Notes: a model not told the origin generated them from the sequence alone. Counted from the stretch's first letter, positions 31,145-42,584 are shown. The stretch: DNA of 64,000 bases from Methanomicrobiaceae archaeon (GCA_022837745.1 JALHIW010000005.1:16458-80457), one strand, 5' to 3'. Numbers and translations are program-made.

Positions 31145-31942
31145 TCACATCCTTAGAATCTCTATTGCTTCCTCTGCAGACCGCCCTTCATGGACGATCA
31201 GCGCGGCGGCGCGGATGAGACGGTCAGGCGTCGGGTGCTGGAAGGCGTTTCGTCCGATCGATATCCCGGCAGCTCCTCCTTCCATCGCGCCTTCCACCAG
31301 ATCGAGGATCGCACGATCGTCGGTCTTTGAACCCCCTGCTACCACGACCGGCACCGGGCACCCCCGTGTCACCTCCCTGAACGAGTCCGGATCCCCGGTG
31401 TAGACGGTCTTTACTATATCAGCACCCAGTTCCGCCGCCACGCGGGCTGCGAGTTTGACGCTCTCGAGGTCGTGCTCATCCGCGATCTTCCTGCCCCTCG
31501 GGTACATCATCGCAAGGAGCGGCATACCCCACTCTATACATTCAACCGCGATCCTGCCCAGATCCTGGAGCATCCGCGCTTCTGAGTCTGCACCGACGTT
31601 TATGTGCACCGAGACGCCGTCAGCACCCATCCTCAGGGCGTTTGTGACGGTGTTGACGAGAACTTTATCGTTCGGGTCCGGGCCTATGCTGGTGCTCGCG
31701 GATAGATGCATGATCAGACCGACATCACGGCCGTGCCGCCGGTGACCATGCAGAGCAAGCCCCAGGTGTCCGATCACAGCGTTTGCTCCACCATCGGCAA
31801 CCAGATCGATGGTCTTCTCAACATCGATCAGCCCGGGGATGGGGCCGAGCGTCACACCGTGGTCGAGCGGCACGATGATGGTCCTGCCGGTGTTTCGATC
31901 CATAATACGTTCCAGACGAATCTCTTTACCTCTCATAACCAT
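31145..31942 (-). CDS. ADH synthase / class I aldolase (AroA'), copy 1
   Basis: [22 protein letters not shown] and GRNAFQ motifs; tandem paralog; start may be 31936. Confidence 0.88.
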   Translation of the reverse strand: MVMRGKEIRLERIMDRNTGRTIIVPLDHGVTLGPIPGLIDVEKTIDLVADGGANAVIGHLGLALHGHRRHGRDVGLIMHLSASTSIGPDPNDKVLVNTVTNALRMGADGVSVHINVGADSEARMLQDLGRIAVECIEWGMPLLAMMYPRGRKIADEHDLESVKLAARVAAELGADIVKTVYTGDPDSFREVTRGCPVPVVVAGGSKTDDRAILDLVEGAMEGGAAGISIGRNAFQHPTPDRLIRAAALIVHEGRSAEEAIEILRM

Positions 31943-32240
31943 TCTCCTCCCGGAATTTGATGATACGGTCTTTTCCGGGAAAGATCAAAACTGGCTAAAC
32001 CAGTTAAAATAGCGATAGAACGCTGCCGCTCTGCAGTTGCGGATATCAGCGGTCAAAATCTGGCAAATAACTCCTGCGTGCGTGATGGCTACTCCGTTAA
32101 CCGGGGTAAAAACGATCACCGGCGAAAAAACATTCACCACGCATTGAGTGTAGCATTATCTGTTTGTGAATAAAAACATGCCGGTATCCACTCCGGCGAG
32201 AGTTTGGAGCACCCTCCCACGCTAAAAATGCGGGAATGAC

Positions 32241-32732
32241 TTATTTTCGGCTCCTCTTGAAGGCTATAACATCTCCGACGGTCGTTGTCACCCGGTCAGG
32301 CCCCCCTATGGATATGGAATCTTCAGCCGAGTCTATCAACCTGATATTGAGCGCCTTCTCAAGTTTTTGCCGGACATCATCCTCGGGGATGAGGTCACCT
32401 TTCTCGATCTTCTTGATCAGGATCTCGCGTTCCTTGATCGCCTGCGCAAGGTCACGCGTTGACCAGCCTCTCTCTTCACGGGCTGCGCGGATCCGGTTTG
32501 GGTAATCCTCGACCAGTTCGCCTTCCATCAGGTCAAAGACATCTCTGGGCTTCCTTCGGGGGGTCTGTGTAGCAACCATTCCAGGCTTCTTCTGCGAACC
32601 GCCACTCTGGCGCGGCTGCTGGACTTCTGTACCGTATTTTGCACATCGGGCGCAGACGCGGAGTTCTGCTCCTTCGATCTGGATTATTTTCGACTGGCCC
32701 TGTATAGGGGCGCCGCATAGTTCACACTGCAT
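32241..32732 (-). CDS. Archaeal multiprotein bridging factor aMBF1
   Basis: CELCG...VCARC zinc ribbon plus C-terminal HTH. Confidence 0.92.
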   Translation of the reverse strand: MQCELCGAPIQGQSKIIQIEGAELRVCARCAKYGTEVQQPRQSGGSQKKPGMVATQTPRRKPRDVFDLMEGELVEDYPNRIRAAREERGWSTRDLAQAIKEREILIKKIEKGDLIPEDDVRQKLEKALNIRLIDSAEDSISIGGPDRVTTTVGDVIAFKRSRK

Positions 32733-32789
32733 AACTCTCGCAAACAACTTTATATTTATTTTAACCTATATAAGTAATCGAGGGGACGC

Positions 32790-34028
32790 ATGGGAGATTT
32801 TGCCCGGCAGGCACCAGACAAGGAAACCGGTGAAGACATCTACCAGTACCTCCTGGAGCGGATCAACAGCCTCGAAAACCGGAACCTGGAACTGCGCGAG
32901 CAGTTCCGCCAGATGGAGTCGGAGAAGCGCTACATCGAGACTCAGAAGATCCGTTATGAGCGTGAGCTGCGCAAATTGAAGAGCGAGATCGAGCAGCTCA
33001 GAAGCCCCCCTCTTGTTATAGGTACAGTTACTGACGTTATCGACAATAACCGCGTGATTGTGCGCAGCAGTGCAGGGCCGCGCTTTCTGGTCCGCACCTC
33101 CCAGCTCATAGACCCCGAACTCCTCAAGCCCGGGGTGCGGTGCACACTCAACCAGCAGTCCCTTGCGATCGTCGACGTGCTCCCCACGAGTTATGACGCA
33201 CAGGTCTATGGTATGGAACTTGTCGAGTGCCCGGACGAGACCTACGAGCACATCGGAGGTCTTGAACCGCAGATCGAAGAACTCCGGGAAGCCGTAGAAC
33301 TCCCTCTCACAAAACCCCACCTATTTGAGAGGGTCGGGATCTCCCCGCCAAAAGGTGTGCTCCTCTACGGTCCGCCCGGGACGGGAAAAACCCTCCTCGC
33401 ACGCGCGGTGGCCCATCACACAAACGCGCACTTTCTCCGGGTTGTCGGCTCAGAACTGGTTCAGAAATACATCGGTGAGGGCGCCCGCCTGGTCAGGGAA
33501 CTCTTCGACCTTGCAAAACAGAAAGCGCCCTCAATCATCTTTATCGACGAGATCGATGCGATCGGCGCGCACCGGAGCGACTCGACCACCTCCGGCGATC
33601 GAGAAGTGCAGCGGACGCTGATGCAGCTCCTGGCCGAGATGGATGGCTTCGATAACCGGGGTGACGTCAAGATCATCGCGGCAACCAACCGGATCGATAT
33701 CCTTGACCGCGCCCTTCTACGACCGGGGCGGTTCGACCGGATGATTGAGATCCCGCTCCCTGACCACCAGGGGAGGCTTGCCATCCTGAAGATTCACACG
33801 AAGCACATGAACCTCGGCGAAGACGTCGACCTAACCGAGGTTGCCAGGCTAACAGAGGGCAAGAACGGTGCCGATCTAAGGGCGATATGCATGGAAGCAG
33901 GCATGTTTGCTATCAGGATGGAGCGCGACATCGTCACCAGGGAGGATTTCATGAAAGCGATCGAGAAACTCTCGATGGACTTTGACCGCCACCACATACA
34001 CACAACCTTCGGCGAGATGTTCGCCTGA
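32790..34028 (+). CDS. pan: Proteasome-activating nucleotidase
   Basis: Coiled coil, [23 protein letters not shown] and LLRPGRFDR. Confidence 0.97.
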   Translation: MGDFARQAPDKETGEDIYQYLLERINSLENRNLELREQFRQMESEKRYIETQKIRYERELRKLKSEIEQLRSPPLVIGTVTDVIDNNRVIVRSSAGPRFLVRTSQLIDPELLKPGVRCTLNQQSLAIVDVLPTSYDAQVYGMELVECPDETYEHIGGLEPQIEELREAVELPLTKPHLFERVGISPPKGVLLYGPPGTGKTLLARAVAHHTNAHFLRVVGSELVQKYIGEGARLVRELFDLAKQKAPSIIFIDEIDAIGAHRSDSTTSGDREVQRTLMQLLAEMDGFDNRGDVKIIAATNRIDILDRALLRPGRFDRMIEIPLPDHQGRLAILKIHTKHMNLGEDVDLTEVARLTEGKNGADLRAICMEAGMFAIRMERDIVTREDFMKAIEKLSMDFDRHHIHTTFGEMFA

Positions 34029-34385
34029 TAAAAACTTTTTATACGTGTTCACCATCATTGAAATCAACTTCATGCCGGAAAGGTCTGCAAAAAACAGGGA
34101 CGGATTCCATTCGAGGGGCGTCCATAGAGGTCTATCCAGGGGGATGAAGCGCAGAGCGCCTGGTGGTTGCATTTCTACAAAATTCACCCACATGATATGG
34201 GCTGTCACAAATCGGGCTGGTGCTTTATGGCCGGCCGTGAACATCCAGATCATGGAGCAACGATATGGAACCCGATGGGGGGGCAGGGGTTCCACCGCTC
34301 AAACGGCATCTCCCGCCTCTCTCCTGCAGCAGGGTCAACCTTTTTTGGAGACGCAGACTAAACTAACATGAGAAGGAGAGAGGCC

Positions 34386-34610
34386 ATGTGTATTGCAATA
34401 CCCGCTGAGGTAATCGAGATAAAAGAGGGCAACATCGGCGTCGTCGACTTCGGCGACCTGAAACAGGAAGTCCGGCTTGACCTTGTCGACGTCAGGGTCG
34501 GTGAGTTTGTGCTCGTCCATGTTGGGTTTGCCATCCAACGCCTCAGCAGAGAGGAGGGGCTTGAGACCCGTGAGGTCTTCAAGCAGGTCTACGCTGCGAT
34601 GGAGGACTGA
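34386..34610 (+). CDS. hypC: Hydrogenase maturation chaperone HypC
   Basis: MCIAIP start and VLVHVGFAI motif. Confidence 0.95.
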   Translation: MCIAIPAEVIEIKEGNIGVVDFGDLKQEVRLDLVDVRVGEFVLVHVGFAIQRLSREEGLETREVFKQVYAAMED

Positions 34611-34951
34611 TGCACGAGTACAGCATCGCCTATGACATCTACACAACCGCCCGCCGGGCTGCGATGGAGAACGACGCAAAAGAGGTGAAGCGCATCACAC
34701 TGAACGTCGGCAGGATGGCAATGGTGAATCCAGAACAGGTTGAGTTTCTCTTCAACGTCATCGTCGAGGACGACCCCCTCTTCCCGGAGACCGAACTCTC
34801 CTGCCAGGACGTCGAGGTGCGCACCCGCTGCTCCTGCGGCTACGAGGGAGACGAACGGTTTGTCTGCCCCCGCTGCGGCAAGCTCCCTGAGGTCGTTGCA
34901 GGAATGGAGATTGTGGTCACCAGGATCGAGATAGAAGTGGACGGAGAATGA
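34610..34951 (+). CDS. hypA: Hydrogenase nickel metallochaperone HypA
   Basis: MHEYSIA start and CSC...CPRC. Confidence 0.93.
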   Translation: MHEYSIAYDIYTTARRAAMENDAKEVKRITLNVGRMAMVNPEQVEFLFNVIVEDDPLFPETELSCQDVEVRTRCSCGYEGDERFVCPRCGKLPEVVAGMEIVVTRIEIEVDGE

Positions 34952-35943
34952 AAGTCAATCTCATGCACGGTGCCGGCGGCGAGGTGATGGGAGAACTCCT
35001 GCGCGTCATCACCAATCTGGAGCACAACAACGCCGGCGGGATAGGGCTTGAATCGCTGGATGATGGCGCGGTCATCCCGCTAAACGGCCAGAACATAGTT
35101 TTTACGACCGACAGCCACGTTGTCTCGCCGATCTTCTTCCCGGGCGGGGACATCGGTCGCATCGCCATCTGCGGAACAGTAAATGACCTTGCCATGATGG
35201 GGGGGCGGCCGATCGCACTCTCGTGCGGTATGGTCATCCCCGAAGGTTTCGAGGTTGCAGACCTCGAACGGATCGTCGCCTCCATGGACGCCGCACTTGG
35301 GGAATGCGGGGCGAACCTTGTCACCGGAGACACCAAGGTGGTGGAGCGGAGCGCGCTTGATACCATAATCATAAACACCGCCGGCATCGGCATAGCCGGG
35401 CGGGTGGTGCGGGACTGCGGGCTTTCGATCGGGGATCTGATCATCGTCAGCGGCACCCTCGGCGACCATGGTATCGCCATCATGGCCCATCGAGAAGGGT
35501 TCGATTTCGGCGGCCAGATCCAGTCCGACGTATCCCCCCTATGGCCGCTTGTCGAGCGGGCGCTTGCTGCCGGCGAAATTCACGCCATGAAAGACCCGAC
35601 CAGAGGGGGGTTTGCCAACGCAATCAACGAGATGGCAAGGAAGAGCGGTGTCGGGGTCATAATAGATGAGGTGAACCTCCCCATCCGGGCGAGCGTCCGG
35701 AGCGCTGCGGGTATGCTCGGTATCGATCCGCTCGAGGTGGCAAACGAGGGAAAGGTCGTCATGGGAGTCGCGCCCGATGATGCGGAGGCAGTTCTCGAGG
35801 CGCTGCGCTCACACCCCTATGGGCGTGAGGCGGCGATCATCGGCAGGGTCGTTGAGGGGTCGCATGTTGTCATGCGAACCACCGTAGGGGGGGAGCGGTT
35901 CATCGAACCGCCGATCGGTGACCCGGTACCACGGGTCTGTTAG
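34948..35943 (+). CDS. hypE: Hydrogenase maturation protein HypE
   Basis: TTDSHVV, GTVNDLAM, DPTRGG and ANEGK motifs. Confidence 0.96.
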   Translation: MKVNLMHGAGGEVMGELLRVITNLEHNNAGGIGLESLDDGAVIPLNGQNIVFTTDSHVVSPIFFPGGDIGRIAICGTVNDLAMMGGRPIALSCGMVIPEGFEVADLERIVASMDAALGECGANLVTGDTKVVERSALDTIIINTAGIGIAGRVVRDCGLSIGDLIIVSGTLGDHGIAIMAHREGFDFGGQIQSDVSPLWPLVERALAAGEIHAMKDPTRGGFANAINEMARKSGVGVIIDEVNLPIRASVRSAAGMLGIDPLEVANEGKVVMGVAPDDAEAVLEALRSHPYGREAAIIGRVVEGSHVVMRTTVGGERFIEPPIGDPVPRVC

Positions 35944-36008
35944 AGGGGCGGCCACACCTTCTTTTATATTTCAATGCATCTCCAGACAGGCTCTGATGAA
36001 GAGAGACC

Positions 36009-36440
36009 ATGACGGATGAAGGGAAGTTCGAGGTGCGTCTGGTGGACGCCTGGGACCTGGATGCGATCGCAGACCTCTACCGGGCTGGCGGCTGGTGGAA
36101 AGAAGAATGGAACCCGGCAGGTCTGCCCTCACTCATCAGAGGAAGTTTCGCCTTTGCCGTCGCAGTTGAGTCCTCGACCGGCAGAACGGTAGGCATGGGA
36201 AGGGTGATCTCGGATGGGGTATCGGACGGCTACGTCCAGGATCTGGTCGTCCACCCAAACTACCGGGATCGGGATATCGGAACGATGATCTTATCTGCGC
36301 TGCTCAAAGAGTGTACGTCTGCAGGTGTCACCTGGATCGCCCTTATAGCCGAGCCCGAAACAGAGGCATTTTATGCCAGGTCCGGCTTTCAGAGAATGGA
36401 AGGGCACACACCCATGCGATGGTACCCAGAAAAGAGATGA
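36009..36440 (+). CDS. GNAT acetyltransferase
   Basis: VQDLVVHPNYRDRDIG motif A. Confidence 0.85.
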   Translation: MTDEGKFEVRLVDAWDLDAIADLYRAGGWWKEEWNPAGLPSLIRGSFAFAVAVESSTGRTVGMGRVISDGVSDGYVQDLVVHPNYRDRDIGTMILSALLKECTSAGVTWIALIAEPETEAFYARSGFQRMEGHTPMRWYPEKR

Positions 36441-36443
36441 GAC

Positions 36444-37358
36444 ATGTTAAGATTTGCCGATTTCAAGCCCGTAAGCCTGGAAGATCGCGAGGTGTTCCAG
36501 GAGCACTACCAGCATTACCCCCAGATGCACAGCGACAACACGTTCGCAAACATGGTCTGCTGGAACCACTATGCGGATTACCGTTTTTGCAAGGCCGGCG
36601 GTTCGATCATCCTCTCAAGCACCATCGACGGTGTAACCGCCTTCCGCTGCCCGATCGGCCCGGAAGATCCCGACCTTCTCGATGACGTCATCGACCTTTC
36701 ACTCCGGGAGGGCGGGGAGACGCCTCTGCAGGTTCTGGATCCGGCGGGCGAGGCATTCATCCGGAAATGTTACCCCAACCTCCCGCTGCACCCGGACAGG
36801 AACTTCTTTGACTACGTCTACCGGACGGACAGCCTTGCCGATCTCCCGGGGAAGGGTTACGCCACCATACGGCACCAGGTGAACCGGTTTGCGCGGGACT
36901 ACAACTATACCATCGAGGAGATCACCAGGGATAACCTGGACGACGTCTGGGAGTTCCTGATAATCTGGTGCGAGTGGCGAGACTGCGACTCCATGCCCAT
37001 CCTTGCTTACGAGAAAGAGGCCATCCTCTTTGCCGTGAACAACTTCTTCGAGATCGGGCTTGAGGGCTGGGCTATAAGGATTGGGGATGCCATCGGGGCG
37101 ATATCAATCGTGGGGCCAGTAAACAGGAATATGGCCGTCGTCCACTTTGAAAAAGCTCTTCCAGAGACATATCGCGACATCTACAAGGTCATCATGAGCG
37201 AGACGGCGAGAGAGCTTCGTGACCGCTACCGCTACATCAACCGGGAGTGCGACATGGGTGCGCCAGGGCTTCGCGAGTCAAAGACCCGCTACCACCCCGC
37301 CTGCATGGTTGAAGTCCACTATACGACCCGGGACGACCTGGAGGCATGCTGCCGGTGA
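36444..37358 (+). CDS. DUF2156 / aminoacyl-transferase-like protein
   Basis: DYVY...L.GK.Y...R...NRF, HFEKA and INRECDMGAPGLRESK.Y.P motifs. Confidence 0.8.
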   Translation: MLRFADFKPVSLEDREVFQEHYQHYPQMHSDNTFANMVCWNHYADYRFCKAGGSIILSSTIDGVTAFRCPIGPEDPDLLDDVIDLSLREGGETPLQVLDPAGEAFIRKCYPNLPLHPDRNFFDYVYRTDSLADLPGKGYATIRHQVNRFARDYNYTIEEITRDNLDDVWEFLIIWCEWRDCDSMPILAYEKEAILFAVNNFFEIGLEGWAIRIGDAIGAISIVGPVNRNMAVVHFEKALPETYRDIYKVIMSETARELRDRYRYINRECDMGAPGLRESKTRYHPACMVEVHYTTRDDLEACCR

Positions 37359-38608
37359 CCGCCGACCTGCTGCTCCGGAACGTTGCACTACCTACAGGAA
37401 GGCGCGCCGATATCGCCGTCACTGGTGGTGTTGTCCGCCACGTCGGCGCAGCGGTTCGTGCCGATGAGACGATAGACTGCAGCAGGTTCACCTGCCTTCC
37501 CGGCGCGGTTGATATGCATGTCCACATGCGGGGCGGGGTGCAGGCAGATAAGGAAGACTGGCGTTCGGGCACGGTAAGCGCGGTCGCCGGCGGGGTAACG
37601 CTCGTCGTCGACCAGCCAAACACAGTCCCCCCGATCACCACACCCGACCGCCTCCGGGCGCGCATCCGCGAGGCAGGGGAACAGGCCGTATGCGGGTTTG
37701 CCATTAACGCTGGTGTCCTCCCGGACGCGGACCTGACAGGGATGTGGAAGGCAGGCGCGATGGCGTTCGGGGAGACTTTCGCAGCACCGTCGAGTTATGG
37801 GGAGGGGCTTGACCTGGAGAGCCTGAGGTCTCTCTTCGCCCGTATCCACACCCTCGGAGGGCTTGCAACCGTCCATGCCGAGGAGGTCTGCGGGACGGCG
37901 CCGGAAACCCTCGCCGAGCACGACCGTGCGCGGCCGGGTGAGGGCGAGGCACGCGCTGCAGGGAGGGTTGGCGAACTCGCACCTGTGGGGATGCAGCTTC
38001 ATTTCTGCCACCTGAGCACCGCTGCCTCGGTCAGGGCTGCCCGCGGCAGCGTAGAGGTGACACCGCACCACCTCTTTCTCTCGTACGAAGACTTCGATCC
38101 GGACAACACCCTGGCCAGGGTGAACCCGCCGCTAAGGGACGAAGCGACACGGCGTGCTCTATGGTCATGCTGGGATGCGATCGACGTCATTGCCTCCGAC
38201 CACGCCCCGCACACTCTTGCCGAGAAGAGAGTGCCGTTCGGATCAGCCCCTTCAGGCATCCCCGGTCTCGAGACGATGGTCCCCCTCCTGATGGCGGCGG
38301 TGTACCGGGGGCGGATCAGCCTCCTGTCAGTGATCGAGAAGACCTCGTGGAGACCCTCGGAGATCCTTGGCATCCCTCGCGCAGGGTTTGAACCGGGCGA
38401 CAGGGCGGACTATGCCCTCTACCCTGACGAACTCACCCGGATCGATGCCTCCCGCCTCCACACGAAGTGCGGCTGGTCGCCGTTTGAAGGGTGTGAAGCG
38501 GTCTTTCCGGAAGAGGTGATCGTGGGAGGAGTGCGGGTCTACGCCCACGGCGACCTCCTGGAGGCACGCCCCCGATTCTGCCCCGGCAAAGGATATTTAT
38601 TGCAGTGA
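37346..38608 (+). CDS. pyrC: Dihydroorotase
   Basis: DMHVHMR, DQPNT, VNPPLR and ASDHAPH motifs. Confidence 0.9.
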   Translation: MLPVTADLLLRNVALPTGRRADIAVTGGVVRHVGAAVRADETIDCSRFTCLPGAVDMHVHMRGGVQADKEDWRSGTVSAVAGGVTLVVDQPNTVPPITTPDRLRARIREAGEQAVCGFAINAGVLPDADLTGMWKAGAMAFGETFAAPSSYGEGLDLESLRSLFARIHTLGGLATVHAEEVCGTAPETLAEHDRARPGEGEARAAGRVGELAPVGMQLHFCHLSTAASVRAARGSVEVTPHHLFLSYEDFDPDNTLARVNPPLRDEATRRALWSCWDAIDVIASDHAPHTLAEKRVPFGSAPSGIPGLETMVPLLMAAVYRGRISLLSVIEKTSWRPSEILGIPRAGFEPGDRADYALYPDELTRIDASRLHTKCGWSPFEGCEAVFPEEVIVGGVRVYAHGDLLEARPRFCPGKGYLLQ

Positions 38609-38812
38609 GATAAATAATAGAGTGCCGATAAAGCGCACCTTATAGGTCCCCGGGTGATCACAGGCAGGACGCCAGGATATGAACCACGGGACAACCCGGG
38701 TGCGCGACAGGCACGCCCGGCATATGGGTTCGATCGGGTGAGGGACGGCACAAGGCCACCAGTGATCCTGGATCGTTAGTGCCGGGCGACACTCGTTCAA
38801 GGGGCTTTTCTG

Positions 38813-39130
38813 ATGGATACATATGCCAATGCTGTCTCTGAGACACCGGATGGGGTGACCATTGCTCTCGACGTTACAGCAGGTGCAAAACGGTCTCTGT
38901 TCCCCGCGGGTTACAACGAGTGGCGTCGGAGTATCCGATGTCAGGTGGCAGCCCCCGCAGTCGGCGGGAGAGCAAACCGTGCCGTCATAGACCTCCTGGC
39001 AAAGACGTTTGAGGTGTCCCGCGGCAACGTGACGATCGTTGCCGGGCATGCATCTTCATCAAAGGTTGTGGCGGTCTCCGGTTTATCACGTTCCCGTGCT
39101 CTCGAATGCCTGAACCGCTCCGACGCATGA
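38813..39130 (+). CDS. DUF167 (YggU-like) protein
   Basis: VAAPAVGGRANRAV motif; 105 aa. Confidence 0.8.
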   Translation: MDTYANAVSETPDGVTIALDVTAGAKRSLFPAGYNEWRRSIRCQVAAPAVGGRANRAVIDLLAKTFEVSRGNVTIVAGHASSSKVVAVSGLSRSRALECLNRSDA

Positions 39131-39397
39131 ATGGTCTGTCAGAAACATAACCTGCAATTTTACGGCAATTCTCATTACGAAAGCCAGAAGACAGCAAAAA
39201 GGAGAGGGATATATAAGTAAAATATGTGATGAAGCCTTTTCCAGGTTCAGATTATGTCCTTAAAAAGGTTGCTGTGAGACTTCCATCTGATTTAAGTAAT
39301 CATAGCTTAAATATATATTTATCTGTATGTCCGCGCATTCAAAAACCCGTGGAGAATACAGAAATATGGATTACATTTACAGAGGAGGCAGGACTCC

Positions 39398-40609
39398 ATG
39401 TATTCACCTGATACAACAAAATACCTCATCCACCTTACGCTGCAGATCGAGGGGGTGGTCGATAAACCCGATGTAGTGGGCGCCATCTTCGGCCAGACCG
39501 AGGGTTTGCTCGGCGAAGACCTTGACCTGCGCGATTTGCAGAGAACCGGCCGTGTCGGCAGGATAGACGTGCAGATAACCACAAAACGCGGTGAGACCAA
39601 GGGTGAGATTCTCATCTCGTCATCTCTTGACAGGGCAGAGACCGCGCTCCTGGCCTCGTCGCTTGAGACGATCGACCGGGTTGGGCCGTGCACGGCCCAC
39701 GTGATGGTTGACCGCATCGAGGATATCCGGGTGACCAAACGACGCCGGATCGTCGAGCGCGCAAAAGAGATCCTACTTGAAAATTTCGATGAGGGGTCCA
39801 TAAACAGCGATGAACTGCTCGACGAGGTCAGGGAAGCCATCCGAATCGAGAAACTTGAGTACCTTGGGGAAGAGAGAGTCCATGCCGGCCCTCATGTCAT
39901 GGTCTCTGATGCCATAATCATTGTCGAGGGGCGTGCCGATGTCATCAACCTCCTGCGTCACGGGATCAAGAACGCCGTAGCAGTCGAGGGTACAAACATC
40001 CCTCAGATTATAATCGATCTCTGCACACAGAAGACTGCGACCACGCTGCTCGACGGCGACCGGGGCGGCGACCTGATCCTTCGTGAACTCCTCCAGGTCG
40101 CTGAGATTGATTTCGTGGCCTACTGCCCACGCGGAAAGAGCGTCGAGGAGATGAGCCGCAAAGAGATCGTTAAAGCGCTCCGCAACAAAGTGCCTGCGGT
40201 CGGCCTGATCGAGCACATCCCTCTGGAGGAGGCTACAGAGCGGTTGCCGGTTCATGCGACACCAGCGGCTGTCAGATCTCCGGGCGGCGAGGATGATCAG
40301 CCACCGCCGGGTGGGGGGGGCAAAAAGTCACCCTCGACACTTGGTGAACACATGGCAGACGTCCGGAACAAGAAGATTGCCAGGTTTCTCTCCCCCGATT
40401 ACACCGTCCTCCTGGAATCCAGCGCCGCAGATGTCGAGAACGCACTCCAGAACCTGAACGGCGATGTTGAAGGGCTTGTCGTTGACCGTGTGATCGACCA
40501 GAAGCTCCTCGATCAACTCGGTGGAAAGGACCTTGAGTTCGTGGCTGCCACAGATTTTAAAGGAATTATAAAACGCCCACTCTCGATCCGACTCATAAAG
40601 ATAGTTTGA
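39398..40609 (+). CDS. dnaG: Archaeal DnaG (TOPRIM; exosome-associated)
   Basis: GQTEGLLG, IIVEGRADV and DGDRGG motifs. Confidence 0.96.
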   Translation: MYSPDTTKYLIHLTLQIEGVVDKPDVVGAIFGQTEGLLGEDLDLRDLQRTGRVGRIDVQITTKRGETKGEILISSSLDRAETALLASSLETIDRVGPCTAHVMVDRIEDIRVTKRRRIVERAKEILLENFDEGSINSDELLDEVREAIRIEKLEYLGEERVHAGPHVMVSDAIIIVEGRADVINLLRHGIKNAVAVEGTNIPQIIIDLCTQKTATTLLDGDRGGDLILRELLQVAEIDFVAYCPRGKSVEEMSRKEIVKALRNKVPAVGLIEHIPLEEATERLPVHATPAAVRSPGGEDDQPPPGGGGKKSPSTLGEHMADVRNKKIARFLSPDYTVLLESSAADVENALQNLNGDVEGLVVDRVIDQKLLDQLGGKDLEFVAATDFKGIIKRPLSIRLIKIV

Positions 40610-40671
40610 TGCCGATCCCCGGTGCAAATTTATATATATTTACGTCCACCACTTTTTCTCTCGGGGAGAGG

Positions 40672-40959
40672 ATGATGCACAAGGAAGAGTTAATAGCGCT
40701 ACATGGTATTCTCACAGAGATTAAAGATTTTTTTGAGTTGCAGAATCCGGATCTGAAATTTTCACAATACTACGCGTTAAAGATTGACCCTTCTCAGGTG
40801 CATAAGAGCAAAATGGAACACAAGTACGCTATCTTCGTGCTTGGAACTGAACTTGCAAACGCCATGAAGGACGTGGAATTCGCGTCATCAAGCAGGATTT
40901 CTGCCAGGATGAAAGAACTCGCCGATAAAACCTTAAAAGACCTCGAGTACCTCCAGTAA
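40672..40959 (+). CDS. UPF0058 family protein
   Basis: MHKEELIALH...VHKSKMEHKYAIF. Confidence 0.8.
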   Translation: MMHKEELIALHGILTEIKDFFELQNPDLKFSQYYALKIDPSQVHKSKMEHKYAIFVLGTELANAMKDVEFASSSRISARMKELADKTLKDLEYLQ

Positions 40960-41006
40960 GAGATACAGGGTGCGGGCAGCCGGTATCACCAACCGCGCCT
41001 TTCTGT

Positions 41007-41801
41007 TCAGGAACGCATCGTGCGTTCGCACTCGATGAGGTATGAGGCAAGCAGTTTCGGGATAGGTGCCGCCATACAGTGCCAGTTTGGAGTTCCGTTC
41101 ACCTCAAGAACAGTGTATCCTTCCCGGTCGCACAGAAGGTCGACACCGCAGTAATCGACGCCGACCACTGCCGCAGACGCCTCAGCTATGGCGCGCATAT
41201 CGTCATCGATCTCGACCGGCATACCGATCCCGCCCTGATGGATGTTGTGCATCAACCCCCGAGAGACTCTGGTTATGGCGCCAACCGCCTCTCCACCCAG
41301 GACGAAGACACGGAAGTCCCGATCGTTCGGGACGTATTCCTGAAGATACCAGGGGCCGGGCCCGAGGTCGCCGGGCTCTGTCACAAGCCGGATGCCATTC
41401 CCATCATACCCGTAGACAGGCTTATAGACAACCTTTCCATGCCGCATAAGAAAGTCACGCGCCTGTTCTTCTGAAGAGACGTAGACTGTCGCCGGTGTCC
41501 GCACCCCTCTTTGCAGGAGAAGTGCCGTCGTCATCACCTTGGAGGCACAGGTAGCGATGGCTGCGGGGGTGTTGATAATCCGGTTAGAGAGCGAAAGCAC
41601 ATTCAGCGTCTCAAACTGGTGCAGGTCCTGCCGTATACCGCAGACCCATATGTGTTCGTGCTCAAGCCCCGACGTAAGGGGGTCGATTGCAGCGAGGTCA
41701 AGGAGACGGTAGCGGGCGCCTGCCCGCTCCAGTTCCCGTATAACGGCGCCGGTCGAGTTGTCTTCCGGCGTGTCGGTCGGTTTTGGTACGATGTGGATCA
41801 T
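41007..41801 (-). CDS. RimK-like ATP-grasp glutamate ligase (MptN/CofF-like)
   Basis: YKPVYGYDG, LQEYV, DYCGVDL and LEVNGTP motifs; substrate not assignable. Confidence 0.8.
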   Translation of the reverse strand: MIHIVPKPTDTPEDNSTGAVIRELERAGARYRLLDLAAIDPLTSGLEHEHIWVCGIRQDLHQFETLNVLSLSNRIINTPAAIATCASKVMTTALLLQRGVRTPATVYVSSEEQARDFLMRHGKVVYKPVYGYDGNGIRLVTEPGDLGPGPWYLQEYVPNDRDFRVFVLGGEAVGAITRVSRGLMHNIHQGGIGMPVEIDDDMRAIAEASAAVVGVDYCGVDLLCDREGYTVLEVNGTPNWHCMAAPIPKLLASYLIECERTMRS

Positions 41802-41899
41802 GCGCCTCATCACCCCCTCCCGAAACCGAGTCCTCGTGGTCAGGGGTCATACATTACCATTTTGCACCCCGGCAGATATAATCAATAGGTAAGAGGAAG

Positions 41900-42379
41900 A
41901 TGCACGAAAACCGTGTCTGCATCATCGGCTGCGGCAACCTTCTCATGGGAAACGATGGGGCAGGGCTCCTTGCGATGCACCTCTTTGAGGGGAGATTTCC
42001 CGGCGTTGATGCGATTGACGGCGGTAGCGGTGGTTTTGGCCTGATCGCGCTTATGGAAGGCTACGATAAGGTTGTTATCGTCGATGCTATGGTTGGTATA
42101 GGTGACTGTGCAGGCGATGTCCTAACGTTCGAAAACCCTCCAACCGGGGGGTTCCACGCGCGCATATCCCATGATATCGGGATCGGGGACGCGGTGGCGA
42201 TAGCAAAGGAACTCGGGTATACGGCGGAGATCGTGACCATCGGGATTGAAGTGGGTGAGATCCAGGCATTCAGCCGGGAGATTGATCCGGCGGTCAGGGT
42301 GGGGATCCGGGTTGCCGAAGAGAAGATCCTGGCTATACTGGAGGATTGGATCGACTGTAGTGGAACTATAAGGCAGTAG
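41900..42379 (+). CDS. Hydrogenase maturation protease
   Basis: GCGNLLMGNDGAG, IVDA and SHDIG motifs. Confidence 0.9.
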   Translation: MHENRVCIIGCGNLLMGNDGAGLLAMHLFEGRFPGVDAIDGGSGGFGLIALMEGYDKVVIVDAMVGIGDCAGDVLTFENPPTGGFHARISHDIGIGDAVAIAKELGYTAEIVTIGIEVGEIQAFSREIDPAVRVGIRVAEEKILAILEDWIDCSGTIRQ

Positions 42380-42584
42380 GTATACCATCAGATGAAGCGC
42401 AAGGGTTGCCCACCTCTATTCTGATGCCATCAGATCAACAATTCTGTGATATAAACTCCTCATCTTTTCCTGGCAGCATGTGCGTAGCCCATCAAACCAG
42501 TGAGGCATTGGTTTGATGGCCTCATTCTCATGAAAGGTATAAATGACAAACTTTATGCTCTACAACAGATCTAGCTTTGCCTGA

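Noticed and set aside
38640-38790. Possible structured or pseudoknotted sRNA between pyrC and DUF167
   Set aside because: Only 6-7-bp helices, expected by chance at this GC content; no box motifs or second copy
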